Source: an uncultured Gemmatimonadales bacterium
GTDB taxonomy: Bacteria > Gemmatimonadota > Gemmatimonadetes > Gemmatimonadales > GWC2-71-9
Direction: 5' to 3'
Length of the DNA: 64,000 nucleotides
Assembly: GCA_963795085.1 (NCBI GenBank)
Contig: CAWCFX010000002.1
Coordinates: forward strand, 160,001 to 224,000
The position numbers were made by a program, and so were the translations under genes. The notes under the pieces were generated by a model that was given only the letters and a program-made list of their open reading frames with translations, did no database searches and had not been told where the DNA came from. This document shows positions 1 through 9,386 of this stretch, piece after piece (position 1 is the first letter of the stretch; each line of letters starts with the position of its first letter).

Positions 1-429
1 GAGGGGGCGGCGCTGGCCGACGAACTGCGAAACCGCCTCCTGTTGCTGGAAGGCGAGGCCCAGGTCATCGCCGCGCGGGCGCCAGAGCGGGTGCTGCGGG
101 AGCGGGACCGGCTGCGGGCCGCCGTGGCCACCTTGCTGGACGGGCGCACCCCGGACGATGTCCGGCTCTCGCAGGAGATCGCGCTGCTGGCGGACAAACT
201 GGACATTACCGAGGAGCTGGTGCGGTTCGGCGCCCACGTGGCCGCGTGCCGCGAGGTCCTGGCTGGCGCCGGTGCCAAGGGCAAGCAGCTCGGTTTCCTG
301 GCCCAGGAGCTGGGGCGGGAGGTGAACACCATGGGTTCCAAGGCCAACGACGCCGTGATTGCCCACCAGGTCATCCAGATGAAGGGCGAACTGGAAAAGT
401 TCCGGGAGCAGCTGGAGAACCTGGCGTGA
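1..429 (+). CDS. yicC: YicC/YloC family endoribonuclease (5' truncated by window)
   Basis: C-terminal motifs DITEELVRF and GKQLGFLAQELGREVNTMGSK...EKFREQLENL; sits directly before gmk. Confidence 0.92.
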   Translation, partial: EGAALADELRNRLLLLEGEAQVIAARAPERVLRERDRLRAAVATLLDGRTPDDVRLSQEIALLADKLDITEELVRFGAHVAACREVLAGAGAKGKQLGFLAQELGREVNTMGSKANDAVIAHQVIQMKGELEKFREQLENLA

Positions 430-1070
430 ATCCGTTTCCGCTGGTGCTCTCCTCTCCCTCCGGGGGCGGCAAGTCCACCATCGCGCGCCAGTTGTTGCAG
501 GGCCGGGACGACCTGGGGTACTCGGTGTCGGCCACGACCCGCCAGCCGCGGGTGAAGGAAGCAGACGGCCGGGACTATTTTTTCCTCAGCCGGGATGAGT
601 TCATCGCCCGGCGGGAGCGGGGCGATTTCGTGGAATCGGCCAGCTACGCCGGGGAGTATTACGGCACTCTCACCAGCGAGTTCGAGCGGTTGTTCGCCGA
701 CGGCAAGCATCCGATCCTGGACATCGAGATCGACGGCGCCCGGCAGATCATCCAGAGGTATCCGGACGCGGTGCGGGTGTTCGTCCTGCCGCCCAGCGGC
801 GCCGAACTGGTGGACCGGCTGCGAGGCCGGAACACCGAGCCGGTCGAGATTCTCCGCCGCCGCCTCGACCGGGCGGCCGTCGAACTGGAAGCAGCGGGCG
901 AATACGATTACGTGATCATCAATGACGACATCGTGACGGCGGTGGGGCACGTGGCGGCGATTATCGACGCCGAATGCCACAAGGTCAAGCGGCAGGCGGA
1001 CCTGCGTGCCACCGTCGAGGGCATTCGCAGGGACGTGATGGCAGTGGCGGAGCGGTTGGAACACCCGTAG
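426..1070 (+). CDS. gmk: Guanylate kinase
   Basis: P-loop SSPSGGGKST, SVSATTR, DGRDYFF, YYGT; GTG start overlaps yicC stop (GTGA). Confidence 0.96.
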   Translation: MNPFPLVLSSPSGGGKSTIARQLLQGRDDLGYSVSATTRQPRVKEADGRDYFFLSRDEFIARRERGDFVESASYAGEYYGTLTSEFERLFADGKHPILDIEIDGARQIIQRYPDAVRVFVLPPSGAELVDRLRGRNTEPVEILRRRLDRAAVELEAAGEYDYVIINDDIVTAVGHVAAIIDAECHKVKRQADLRATVEGIRRDVMAVAERLEHP

Positions 1071-1113
1071 GGCGCAGGGCTGGTCACTCAAGGACCCGAG
1101 GAGAACGACACCG

Positions 1114-1326
1114 ATGCGGATTTACACACCGATGGAAGCGGCGCGGGAAGCCGGCAACAAGTACCTGGGCGTGCTGGTGGCCGCGAAGTTTTCGCGGTTT
1201 CTGAACGAACTGCCCAAGGAAAAGATCACCGAGAAGGAAGTGAAGCTCACCACGGTGGCGCTGGAGCGCCTGGTGGAGGGCGACCTCCAGTACAAGCTGC
1301 TGCGCCGGCGCCGCTCCGAAGCGTGA
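1114..1326 (+). CDS. rpoZ: RNA polymerase omega subunit
   Basis: 70 aa, NKYLGVLVAAK, KLTTVALE; canonical gmk-rpoZ-coaBC order; GAGGAG upstream. Confidence 0.85.
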   Translation: MRIYTPMEAAREAGNKYLGVLVAAKFSRFLNELPKEKITEKEVKLTTVALERLVEGDLQYKLLRRRRSEA

Positions 1327-2519
1327 CCTGGGCCGGCCGGCACGTCGTCCTCGGCGTCTCCGGCGGAATCGCGAGCTACAAGAGCTGCTATCTCGCCCGG
1401 CGACTCACCGAAGCCGGAGCCCGCGTGGACGTGGTGCTCACGCAGGGCGCCGCCGAGTTCGTCCGGCCGGTGGTCTTCGAAGCCCTGACTGGCCGCCCGG
1501 TGGTCACCTCGCTCTGGGACCGGGACCAGGCCCTCTCCCACATCCGGCTGGGACAGGATCCCGATCTGATCATCGTCGCCCCGGCGACCGCCAATCTCAT
1601 TGCCCGCGCCGCGCTGGGGCAGGCCGACGATTTTCTCACGACCCTGCTGCTGGCCCACACCCGGCCCGTCCTACTCGCCCCGGCCATGAACGACGACATG
1701 TTCGCCCATCCCGCGACCGGGGATAACCTTGCCCGCCTGGCGGACCGGGGGTTCCACGTGGTTGGCCCCGAAACCGGCTCGCTAGCCGAGGGGCCCTCCG
1801 ACCGGCCCGGCCGAATGAGCGAGCCGGACACCATCATGGCTCACGCCGCCCGGCTGCTGCATGGGGGAAGCCGGCTGGCCGGCCGGACCGTCGTGGTGAC
1901 CGCCGGCCCCACGCGCGAGGCTATCGATCCGGTCCGAGTCATCACCAACCGGTCCAGCGGAAAGATGGGCTACCGGCTGGCCGAAGCCGCCTGGGAGCGG
2001 GGCGCCCGAGTCATCCTCATCAGCGGGCCAGCCTCGATCGAGGCGCCGTCCCATATCCCTGTCATCAGGGTGGAGACCACTGCCGACATGCAGCAGGCGG
2101 TGCACCACGCTCTCGCCGGCGCGGATGTGCTGGTGATGGCCGCCGCCCCCGCCGATTACCGGCCTGCCACCGAGGCGAGCTCCAAGCTGGCCCGGGCCGA
2201 GGGACCGCTCTCGCTGTCGCTCGAGGCGACGCCGGATATCCTGGTCTCGACGGCCGCCGCCCGAAAGCCGGGCGCCGTGATCGTCGGGTTTGCCCTCGAA
2301 ACGGGTGCGGCCATGGACCGGGCCCAAGAGAAGCTGGTTCGCAAGAACCTGGATATCATCGTGTTCAACAACGCGTTCGAGGCCGGTGCCGGCTTCGAGG
2401 GGGACACCAACCGGGTGACCATCATCGCACGAGACAGCCCCCCGGTGAATGTGCCGGTCCAGTCCAAGCGGGCCGTGGCGGAGGCGATTCTCGACGCAAT
2501 CGAGGCCCGTCTTGGCTGA
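1323..2519 (+). CDS. coaBC: Bifunctional phosphopantothenoylcysteine decarboxylase/synthetase
   Basis: GVSGGIASYK, APATAN, PAMN, TAGPTREAIDPVRVITNRSSGKMG, VGFALET. Confidence 0.97.
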   Translation: MTWAGRHVVLGVSGGIASYKSCYLARRLTEAGARVDVVLTQGAAEFVRPVVFEALTGRPVVTSLWDRDQALSHIRLGQDPDLIIVAPATANLIARAALGQADDFLTTLLLAHTRPVLLAPAMNDDMFAHPATGDNLARLADRGFHVVGPETGSLAEGPSDRPGRMSEPDTIMAHAARLLHGGSRLAGRTVVVTAGPTREAIDPVRVITNRSSGKMGYRLAEAAWERGARVILISGPASIEAPSHIPVIRVETTADMQQAVHHALAGADVLVMAAAPADYRPATEASSKLARAEGPLSLSLEATPDILVSTAAARKPGAVIVGFALETGAAMDRAQEKLVRKNLDIIVFNNAFEAGAGFEGDTNRVTIIARDSPPVNVPVQSKRAVAEAILDAIEARLG

Positions 2520-3297
2520 CGATCTCCGCCGGTACCTTCGGCAGCAGGCGGACCTGGGCGGTCCCGATGTGCTGGTCGGGTGGGGGACGCTACCGGTTGC
2601 CGTTCCGTCCGCCGCGGCCGCTGGCCTCGAGCCCACACCTGAGGCTGCACCTCCGGAGCAGACCGGCCGCTGGCGGAAGGACGCCCCACCGATCCCCGGG
2701 GCCGGCCTGGAGGTTTCTCCCCCCGAGCCAGGGGAGGGCTTCGCGGCGCTCACCAGCCTGGAGGCCGTCGCGGAGGCGGCCGCCGCCTGTACCCGCTGTC
2801 CCCTGCATCGAACCCGTACCAACAGCGTGCCCGGAGAAGGCAACCCCGCGGCACGGCTGCTGCTGGTCGGCGAGGGACCCGGCGAGACGGAAGACCGCCT
2901 GGGCCGGCCGTTCGTCGGGCGGGCCGGGGAGTTGCTGAACAAGCTGCTGGCGGCGATTGATCTGCCCCGGGACGCGGTCTACATCGCGAATATTGTCAAG
3001 AGCCGTCCGCCTCAGAACCGCCGGCCCTTGCCGGATGAGGTCGCAGCCTGTATTCCATTCCTGTACCGGCAAATCGCTATCATACAACCCCGAGTGATCC
3101 TGGCGCTGGGAGGCACCGCCGCCGAGTCGCTGCTGGGGGTCAAGCAGAGCCTGACCGCGCTTCGCGGGAAGGTGCATCGTTTCCGGGGGACTCCGCTGGT
3201 GGTGACGTATCACCCGGCCGCCCTGCTCCGGAATCCAAACTGGAAGAAGCCTACCTGGGATGACGTTCGTATCGCCCGTCAGCTCCTCGACATCTGA
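2512..3297 (+). CDS. Uracil-DNA glycosylase family 4
   Basis: CTRCPL, GEGPG, GRPFVGRAG, YHPAALLR; probable TTG start overlapping coaBC end. Confidence 0.92.
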   Translation: MADDLRRYLRQQADLGGPDVLVGWGTLPVAVPSAAAAGLEPTPEAAPPEQTGRWRKDAPPIPGAGLEVSPPEPGEGFAALTSLEAVAEAAAACTRCPLHRTRTNSVPGEGNPAARLLLVGEGPGETEDRLGRPFVGRAGELLNKLLAAIDLPRDAVYIANIVKSRPPQNRRPLPDEVAACIPFLYRQIAIIQPRVILALGGTAAESLLGVKQSLTALRGKVHRFRGTPLVVTYHPAALLRNPNWKKPTWDDVRIARQLLDI

Positions 3298-4654
3298 ACA
3301 ACTCCCGGGGCGCTCCGCGCCCTGGGACGGCTCGGCCGAGCAGGCAGTCCTCGGATCCATGATGCTGGACCAGAACGCGGCGCTCCGGGCCGCGGAACTG
3401 CTGGACCAGAGTCATTTTTACCGGGAGGGCCACCGCCGGCTGTTCCGCTCGATGGCGCGCCTGGTGCAGCAGGGGGTCGTCATCGACCCGGTGACGCTGC
3501 GGGACGAACTGATGCGGCAGGGCGAGCTGGACGAGTCGGGCGGCGTGGAGTACCTGGCGGAGCTGGTGGACGCGGTGACCTCCACGGCGAACCTCGAAGC
3601 CCACGCCAAGATCATTCGCGACAAGGCGGTGATCCGCCAGCTGATCGAAGCCGCCACCAATATCATCGGGGAATCCTACGAGCAGCGGACGACCGCCAAC
3701 GAGTTGCTCGACCTGGCGGAGTCACGAGTCTTCCAGATTTCCCAGACCCGGCACGAGCGCGGCTTTACCCGGATCAAGGAGATGCTCTCGGAGACCATCG
3801 AGCGCATCGAGACCCTGCAGCGCAGCGGCAAGACCATAACCGGGGTGGCCAGCGGGTTCCGCGACCTGGACGAGTTGACGTCCGGCTTCCAGCGGTCCGA
3901 CCTGGTGATCGTCGCGGCCCGGCCCTCCATGGGCAAGACCGCCTTCTGCCTGAACGTCGCCGCCCACGCGGCCATCGAAGAAGACGTCGGTGTCGCCATC
4001 TTCTCGCTGGAAATGTCCAAGGAATCGCTGGTCCAGCGGCTGCTTTCCGCCGAGGCCTGGGTGGACAGCCAGAAAGTGCGCCGGGGCGGGCTGCTGGACA
4101 CCGATTTTACCAATCTCGCCAAGGCGGCGGGGCGGCTGCACAGCTGCCCGCTCTGGATCGACGATACCCCCTCCCTGACGCTGCTCGAGATGCGCTCCAA
4201 GGCGCGGCGGCTCCGGGCCCAGAACGATGTGGGCCTGATCGTCGTGGACTATCTCCAGCTCATGCGCAGTCCCGAGAAGGCCGAAAACCGGGTGCAGGAA
4301 ATCTCCGAGATCAGCCGCTCGCTGAAGAGCCTGGCGCGGGAGCTGGAAATCCCGGTGGTCGCGCTTTCCCAGCTTTCCCGCGCCACCGAGCAGCGGGGCG
4401 GCGACCGGCGACCCATCCTGTCAGACCTCCGTGAATCGGGCGCCATCGAGCAGGATGCCGACCTGGTGATTTTCATTCACCGGCCCGAGATGTATAAGAA
4501 CCCCGAGGATGCGCGGGCGGAGGGACTGGAGGGCAAGGCCGAGATCATCGTCGGCAAGCAGCGCAACGGACCGACCGGGTCGGTAAACGTGTTCTACCAT
4601 AAGCAGTTTACCCGGTTCGATAATCACACCAATCGGCCGGAGCCGGAGAACTAG
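3260..4654 (+). CDS. dnaB: Replicative DNA helicase
   Basis: AEQAVLG, AARPSMGKT, FSLEM, VDYLQL, LSQLSR, SDLRESGAIEQDAD, KQRNGPTG. Confidence 0.98.
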   Translation: MTFVSPVSSSTSEQLPGRSAPWDGSAEQAVLGSMMLDQNAALRAAELLDQSHFYREGHRRLFRSMARLVQQGVVIDPVTLRDELMRQGELDESGGVEYLAELVDAVTSTANLEAHAKIIRDKAVIRQLIEAATNIIGESYEQRTTANELLDLAESRVFQISQTRHERGFTRIKEMLSETIERIETLQRSGKTITGVASGFRDLDELTSGFQRSDLVIVAARPSMGKTAFCLNVAAHAAIEEDVGVAIFSLEMSKESLVQRLLSAEAWVDSQKVRRGGLLDTDFTNLAKAAGRLHSCPLWIDDTPSLTLLEMRSKARRLRAQNDVGLIVVDYLQLMRSPEKAENRVQEISEISRSLKSLARELEIPVVALSQLSRATEQRGGDRRPILSDLRESGAIEQDADLVIFIHRPEMYKNPEDARAEGLEGKAEIIVGKQRNGPTGSVNVFYHKQFTRFDNHTNRPEPEN

Positions 4655-4670
4655 CCATGGAATCCAGCCG

Positions 4671-5060
4671 GTGACCCGCCACGCCACGGGTTCGTTCAGC
4701 GTCTCCCTGGTTCCCCAGGACGGCGGCGGAAGCGCCATCGGGCGTTTCGTCATTGAGAAGCAGTTCTACGGCACCCTGGCCGCCTCGAGCCGGGGAGAAA
4801 TGCTGGCCTTTCGCACCTCCACCGAGGGCTCGGCCGGGTACGTGGCCATGGAGCTGGTGACAGGGACGGTGGCGGGACGGCGCGGGACGTTCGTGCTCCA
4901 GCACAGCGGCACCATGAACCGGGGAGCCGCCGGCCTGGGCGTCACCGTTGTCCCCGACTCCGGGACCGACCAGCTCGCCGGGTTGATGGGGAGCATGCGT
5001 ATCCTCGAGGGTGGGGCCCATGCCTATGAATTTGAATACGACCTGCCCGACGACGCCTGA
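4671..5060 (+). CDS. DUF3224-like protein
   Basis: SAGYVAMELVTGTVAGRRGTFVLQHSG, VVPDSGTDQLAGL resemble DUF3224. Confidence 0.8.
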   Translation: MTRHATGSFSVSLVPQDGGGSAIGRFVIEKQFYGTLAASSRGEMLAFRTSTEGSAGYVAMELVTGTVAGRRGTFVLQHSGTMNRGAAGLGVTVVPDSGTDQLAGLMGSMRILEGGAHAYEFEYDLPDDA

Positions 5061-5323
5061 TCCGGTCGGCCCGAGCGCCGGCCATGCTGCGCTCTCATCC
5101 CGTGTTTCGCCGGCCGTCACCCACGGCCTGGGCCGCACCGAGTTCGCGTCCGATGCGCCGCTCGACCACGCGTCAGCGCCGGGCCCACCTGGCCCTGGGG
5201 CGGGGAGGCCGCACAGATCCGCTATTTCGGGGAGGACTTCCAACCCGGATTCCCGGCGATCCTGCTCCTTTCTCCCGGGTAGTTCCCGCAGGTTCCCAGT
5301 TACCCCTCGAGTCCACGCCCAGG

Positions 5324-5900
5324 GATATTCCCTGCATGAGGGTGGCGGCAACTACTGAAGGGGCCGAGGGTCAGGGGGCCAGGGGGCAGGGGCGGGCGTC
5401 GCCGCAACGGCCGCGCGTTCTTGCACCGGGTCGCGGTTATCCGATGCCGCATTGTCCCCCGATCGGACCGATATTCCCTCAATAGGGGGCGGAGGCCTCT
5501 ACTCAAGGGATCAAAGGGTCAGGGGCCGGGGGAGCAGTGCGGGCGTCGTTGCAACGGTCGCGCGTTCTTGTACCGGGTCGCGGTTTTCCGATGCCGCCTT
5601 GTTCCCCGATCGGATCGATATTCCCTCAATAGGGGGCGGAGGCCTCATCGGGAGGGGCCACTGACGGGCGTCGTCACAACGACCGCGCGCGTTTTCGTAT
5701 CGTGATCGCGATATTCCGATGCCACCTCTTTCCCGGTTCGGACCGATATTCCCTCATTAGGGGGCGGAGGCCTCACCGGGAGGGGCCAGTGCGGCGTCGT
5801 CATAACGACCGCGCGTTTTCGTACCGTGATCGCGATGTTCCGATGCCATCTCGTTCCCGGTTCGGACCGATATTCCCTCCATAGGGGGCGGAGGCCTCAC
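5324..5900. repeat. Imperfect tandem array of four ~106-109 bp units plus linkers (period 124-147 bp) and one degenerate partial unit
   Basis: GATATTCCCTC(A/C)(A/T)TAGGGGGCGGAGGCCTC starts at 5470, 5617, 5745, 5869 (degenerate at 5324); unit bodies 5394-5499, 5541-5646, 5666-5774, 5793-5898. Confidence 0.95.
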
Positions 5901-6006
5901 CCGGGCCGTGGCGACTGGCCGCCAATGCCTGCATCCACAAGCCGGTTCCGATGTCAGGGCGCTGTTGCTCCTGGAGCGATCTTCCACCTCAACGACCTGT
6001 GCTGCC

Positions 6007-6471
6007 ATGACCCGTCCCCCGTCCGCGCCTACTGTCCGTCCCGCGAAGCCCGCCGACGCTGCCGGCTGGCTTCTGATGCGGCGCGACCTCTGGCCCGAAG
6101 AGCCCGGCGACGACCATACCACCGAAATCGACGAATGGTTCGCCGGCCGGCGAAGAGAGCCGCTGGCGGTGCTCGTGGCCGAAGACGAGGCGGGGTTGAC
6201 GGGGTTCGCCGAGCTGTCGATCCGGCGCTATGCCGAAGGCTGTGACACCGATCATGTGGCGTTCCTGGAGGGCTGGTATGTCGCCGCGCGGGCCCGGCGG
6301 AACGGTGTCGGCCGCGCGCTGGTCAAGGCCGCCGAGGTCTGGGGCCGGGCCCAGGGGTGTCGGGAGTTTGCCTCCGACGCCTATCTGGAGAATGAGATCA
6401 GCGCAGCGGCTCACCTGGCGGTGGGCTTCACCGAAGTGGGACGGATCCGCTGTTTCCGGAAGCCCCTCTAG
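6007..6471 (+). CDS. GNAT acetyltransferase, AAC(6')-I-like
   Basis: MRRDLWP, GFAELSIRRYAEGC, AFLEGWYV, EFASDA..EN..S..AH.AVGF.E...FRK. Confidence 0.85.
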   Translation: MTRPPSAPTVRPAKPADAAGWLLMRRDLWPEEPGDDHTTEIDEWFAGRRREPLAVLVAEDEAGLTGFAELSIRRYAEGCDTDHVAFLEGWYVAARARRNGVGRALVKAAEVWGRAQGCREFASDAYLENEISAAAHLAVGFTEVGRIRCFRKPL

Positions 6472-6642
6472 ACACCAGCTGCGGCTCCTCCGCTCGATCG
6501 CCTCCAGCCGTGGAAGTATTTCCCGCCCCATCGGTGTATTTTCAGGGCTCTCCACTCCGAGGGTCCATGCGCGACGCTATCGCCACCCCGGTATTTGCGG
6601 CCCGCCCATCCCGACGCACCTCCAGCGGAATGCGGACCTGAC

Positions 6643-8004
6643 GTGGCCCGGGCAAAGTCGGTCTATCGCTGCACCGAATGTGGACACGACCACCCGAAGT
6701 GGGCCGGCCGTTGCGAGGCCTGTTCCGAGTGGAACACGGTGGCCGAAGAGCCCCTGTCCGTGGGTGGACCGCCGGATCGGCGGCCGGGCGGCGCCGTGAC
6801 CCGCCAGGCGGTGCCCGCTCCCCTGGGCGACGTGCAGGAAAGCCGCCTGGTGCGGTGGAGCACCGGGCTCCAGGAATTCGATTTCGTACTGGGCGGCGGC
6901 ATCGTCCCCGGGTCCATGACCCTGGTGGGGGGCGAGCCGGGCATCGGGAAATCCACCCTGCTGCTGCAGACGGCGGCCCGCCTGGAAACCGGCGGCCGGC
7001 GGGTGCTCTACGTCAGCGGCGAGGAGTCGCCTGAGCAGCTGCGGCTCCGCGCCGACCGCATGGTCGAAGATTCCCGCCGGGTCCACGTCCTCGGCGAGAC
7101 CCAGCTCGAGGCCATCCTCGACGCCGCGGCCCGCCTCCCGGCCGACGTCCTGATTCTCGATTCTATTCAGACCATCTATACGGCCACCCTCGAGGGCGCC
7201 CCGGGTAACGTCGGACAGGTGCGGGAATGCTCCGCCCGCCTGATGCGATTCGCCAAGGAAACCGGCATCGCGGTGATCGTCGTCGGGCATGTGACCAAGG
7301 GCGGGGGCATCGCCGGGCCCAAGACGCTGGAGCACATCGTGGACACGGTGCTCTACTTCGAGGGTGAGGCGGTGCTCGACTACCGCCTGCTCCGTGCCAC
7401 CAAGAACCGGTTCGGCTCGGTGGACGAACTGGGCGTGTTCTCGATGACAGGGCAGGGCCTGGTGCCCGTGGGAAACCCGTCCGCCCTCTTCCTCTCGGCC
7501 CGCGCCGCCAATGCCAGCGGCAGCGCCGTGACCGCCCTGATGGAAGGTTCCCGTCCCGTCCTGGTCGAGGTGCAGGCGCTCGCCGCGCACTCCGGGTTCG
7601 GCACTCCGCAGCGGGTCGCCACCGGCCTGGATCAGAAACGGCTGGCGGTACTGCTGGCCGTGCTCGAGCGGCGGGGTGGTACCGCCTTTGCCAGTCTCGA
7701 TGTGTTCGTGCAGGTGAGCGCCGGGTTTCGGCTGGCCGAGCCGGGCGCCGACCTGGCCGTGGCCGCGGCCCTCATCTCCAGCCTTCACAACAAGCCCGCC
7801 GGGTCCGATGCGCTGTTCCTGGGGGAACTGGGACTGGGCGGCGAAGTGCGTCCGATTGCCGGGCTTGAGCGTCGGCTGGCCGAAGCGGCGCGCCTGGGCT
7901 TCCGCCAGGCCTACGTCTCCCGCCGCAGCACTGCCACCGCCCGGGGAATGACCCTGATCGAACTGGATCACGTCGAACAACTGGTGCAGGCCCTTGTCGC
8001 GTGA
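6643..8004 (+). CDS. radA: DNA repair protein RadA/Sms
   Basis: Zn finger CTECG...CEAC, GGEPGIGKSTL, KNRFG; GTG start inferred. Confidence 0.98.
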   Translation: MARAKSVYRCTECGHDHPKWAGRCEACSEWNTVAEEPLSVGGPPDRRPGGAVTRQAVPAPLGDVQESRLVRWSTGLQEFDFVLGGGIVPGSMTLVGGEPGIGKSTLLLQTAARLETGGRRVLYVSGEESPEQLRLRADRMVEDSRRVHVLGETQLEAILDAAARLPADVLILDSIQTIYTATLEGAPGNVGQVRECSARLMRFAKETGIAVIVVGHVTKGGGIAGPKTLEHIVDTVLYFEGEAVLDYRLLRATKNRFGSVDELGVFSMTGQGLVPVGNPSALFLSARAANASGSAVTALMEGSRPVLVEVQALAAHSGFGTPQRVATGLDQKRLAVLLAVLERRGGTAFASLDVFVQVSAGFRLAEPGADLAVAAALISSLHNKPAGSDALFLGELGLGGEVRPIAGLERRLAEAARLGFRQAYVSRRSTATARGMTLIELDHVEQLVQALVA

Positions 8005-8692
8005 CGTCGGGGTGATCCTGGTGGCCGGCGGCAAAGGCCAGCGGCTGGGCGGAGCCGTCTCCAAGCAGTTCCTGCCGCTGGCCGGCCAGCCGATGCTGCT
8101 CCGTGCGATGCGGGCCTTCACCTCCCATCCGGCCGTGGTTCACCTGGCGGTGGTCCTGCCGCCCCCCGTGCTGGTGGCGCCCCCGGAATGGCTTTCGGAA
8201 CTCCCGGGTGAGAGGATCAGCCTGGTAGCGGGCGGGCGGGAACGCATGGACTCGGTGGAGAATGGGCTCCTCGCCCTTCCACCGGGGTGCGCCATTGCGC
8301 TCTCCCATGATGCCGCCCGGCCCTTCGTCTCCCGGGAGGTCATTGACGCGGTCATCGCGCTGGCGCGCAGAGGCATGGGTGGCCTGGCCGCGCTTCCGGT
8401 CGGCGATACCCTCAAGTCGGAACGGTTCACCGATGGCGCCCGGGTCGTGGACGCAACCGTATCCCGCGAGGGAATGTGGCGCGCCCAGACGCCGCAGGGC
8501 TTTCCCCGTGCACTGCTGGAACGCGCCTTCCGGGAAGCGCGGGAGGCCGGGTTCGTCGGCACCGATGAGTCGGCCCTGGTGGAGCGGACCGGAATCGCGG
8601 TGGTGTTCGTCCCCGACAGCATCCGGAATTTCAAGGTTACCACGGCCGATGACCTGGCGCTGGCCGAGGTCATCGCCAGGGAGCTGGGGTGA
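7994..8692 (+). CDS. ispD: 2-C-methyl-D-erythritol 4-phosphate cytidylyltransferase
   Basis: AGGKGQRLG..KQF, HDAARP, AQTPQGF, NFKVTT. Confidence 0.96.
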   Translation: MSRDVGVILVAGGKGQRLGGAVSKQFLPLAGQPMLLRAMRAFTSHPAVVHLAVVLPPPVLVAPPEWLSELPGERISLVAGGRERMDSVENGLLALPPGCAIALSHDAARPFVSREVIDAVIALARRGMGGLAALPVGDTLKSERFTDGARVVDATVSREGMWRAQTPQGFPRALLERAFREAREAGFVGTDESALVERTGIAVVFVPDSIRNFKVTTADDLALAEVIARELG

Positions 8693-9339
8693 TCCTCCCC
8701 TTTCGGACGCCCGCCGAGATTGGCCGGGCCATCGAACCGGTGCGACAGCACCTGGACCAGGCCGGCTTGCTGGGATATCCGACCGAGACCGTGTATGGCC
8801 TGGGGTCGGCGCCCACCCCCGCGGGAGCCACCGCGCTTGCCTCGCTGAAGGGGAGAGCGCCGGGGAAGCCTTTTCTCCTCCTCGTGTCCAGCCGGGAAAT
8901 GGCCGAGCGGTGGGGCCTGGTGTTTCCCCCCGCCGCCTCGGTGCTGGCCCAGGCCTTCTGGCCCGGCCCGCTGACCCTCGTCCTCCCCGGCGCCGAAGGC
9001 AAGCTGCCGGATATTCTGCGTGGCAAGGAGGGTGGGATCGCGGTCCGCCATACCGGGCACGCCGGCATCGCCCGGCTGGTGGCGGCCCTCGACTACCCGA
9101 TTACCTCCACCTCCGCCAACAAACCGGGGACACCGCCCGCGCCCGGCGCCGACGGCCTGGCCGAGGTATTCCAGGAAGAGATCGCCGAAGGCCGGCTGCT
9201 CGTGCTCGACGGCGGCGTGCTGGGAAACGTGCCGCCCTCTACATTGGTGGACTGTACCGGCCCGCTGCCGACCCTGATCCGGGACGGGGCCATCCCGCGG
9301 GAAGAGTTGCGCCGGGCCGCGGGGCGCCTAGCGCCGTAA
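8689..9339 (+). CDS. tsaC: L-threonylcarbamoyladenylate synthase (Sua5/YrdC)
   Basis: PTETVYGLG, KGR, FWPGPLTLV, STSAN, PSTLVD. Confidence 0.95.
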   Translation: MILPFRTPAEIGRAIEPVRQHLDQAGLLGYPTETVYGLGSAPTPAGATALASLKGRAPGKPFLLLVSSREMAERWGLVFPPAASVLAQAFWPGPLTLVLPGAEGKLPDILRGKEGGIAVRHTGHAGIARLVAALDYPITSTSANKPGTPPAPGADGLAEVFQEEIAEGRLLVLDGGVLGNVPPSTLVDCTGPLPTLIRDGAIPREELRRAAGRLAP

Positions 9340-9356
9340 CCCCGACGTCCCGGTAT

Positions 9357-9384
9357 CCGTCACCTGTCACTCGTCACTCGTCCT
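9357..9384. repeat. Heptamer tandem repeat (YYGTCAC x4, imperfect)
   Basis: CCGTCAC CTGTCAC TCGTCAC TCGTCCT just before the ATG at 9387. Confidence 0.6.
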
Positions 9385-9386
9385 CG

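Noticed and set aside
5324..5900. CRISPR array or integron attC cluster
   Set aside because: Sequences between the conserved cores are homologous to each other and ~95-117 nt long, and there are no cas genes. No clean RYYYAAC/GTTRRRY pairing, no cassette ORFs between units and no integrase.
5421..6245. Repetitive ORFs (RCR..P.SDRYSL.RGRRP) as a RiPP or repeat protein
   Set aside because: Unit periods of 128 and 124 nt break the frame, there is no RBS, and conservation fits nucleotide-level structure better.
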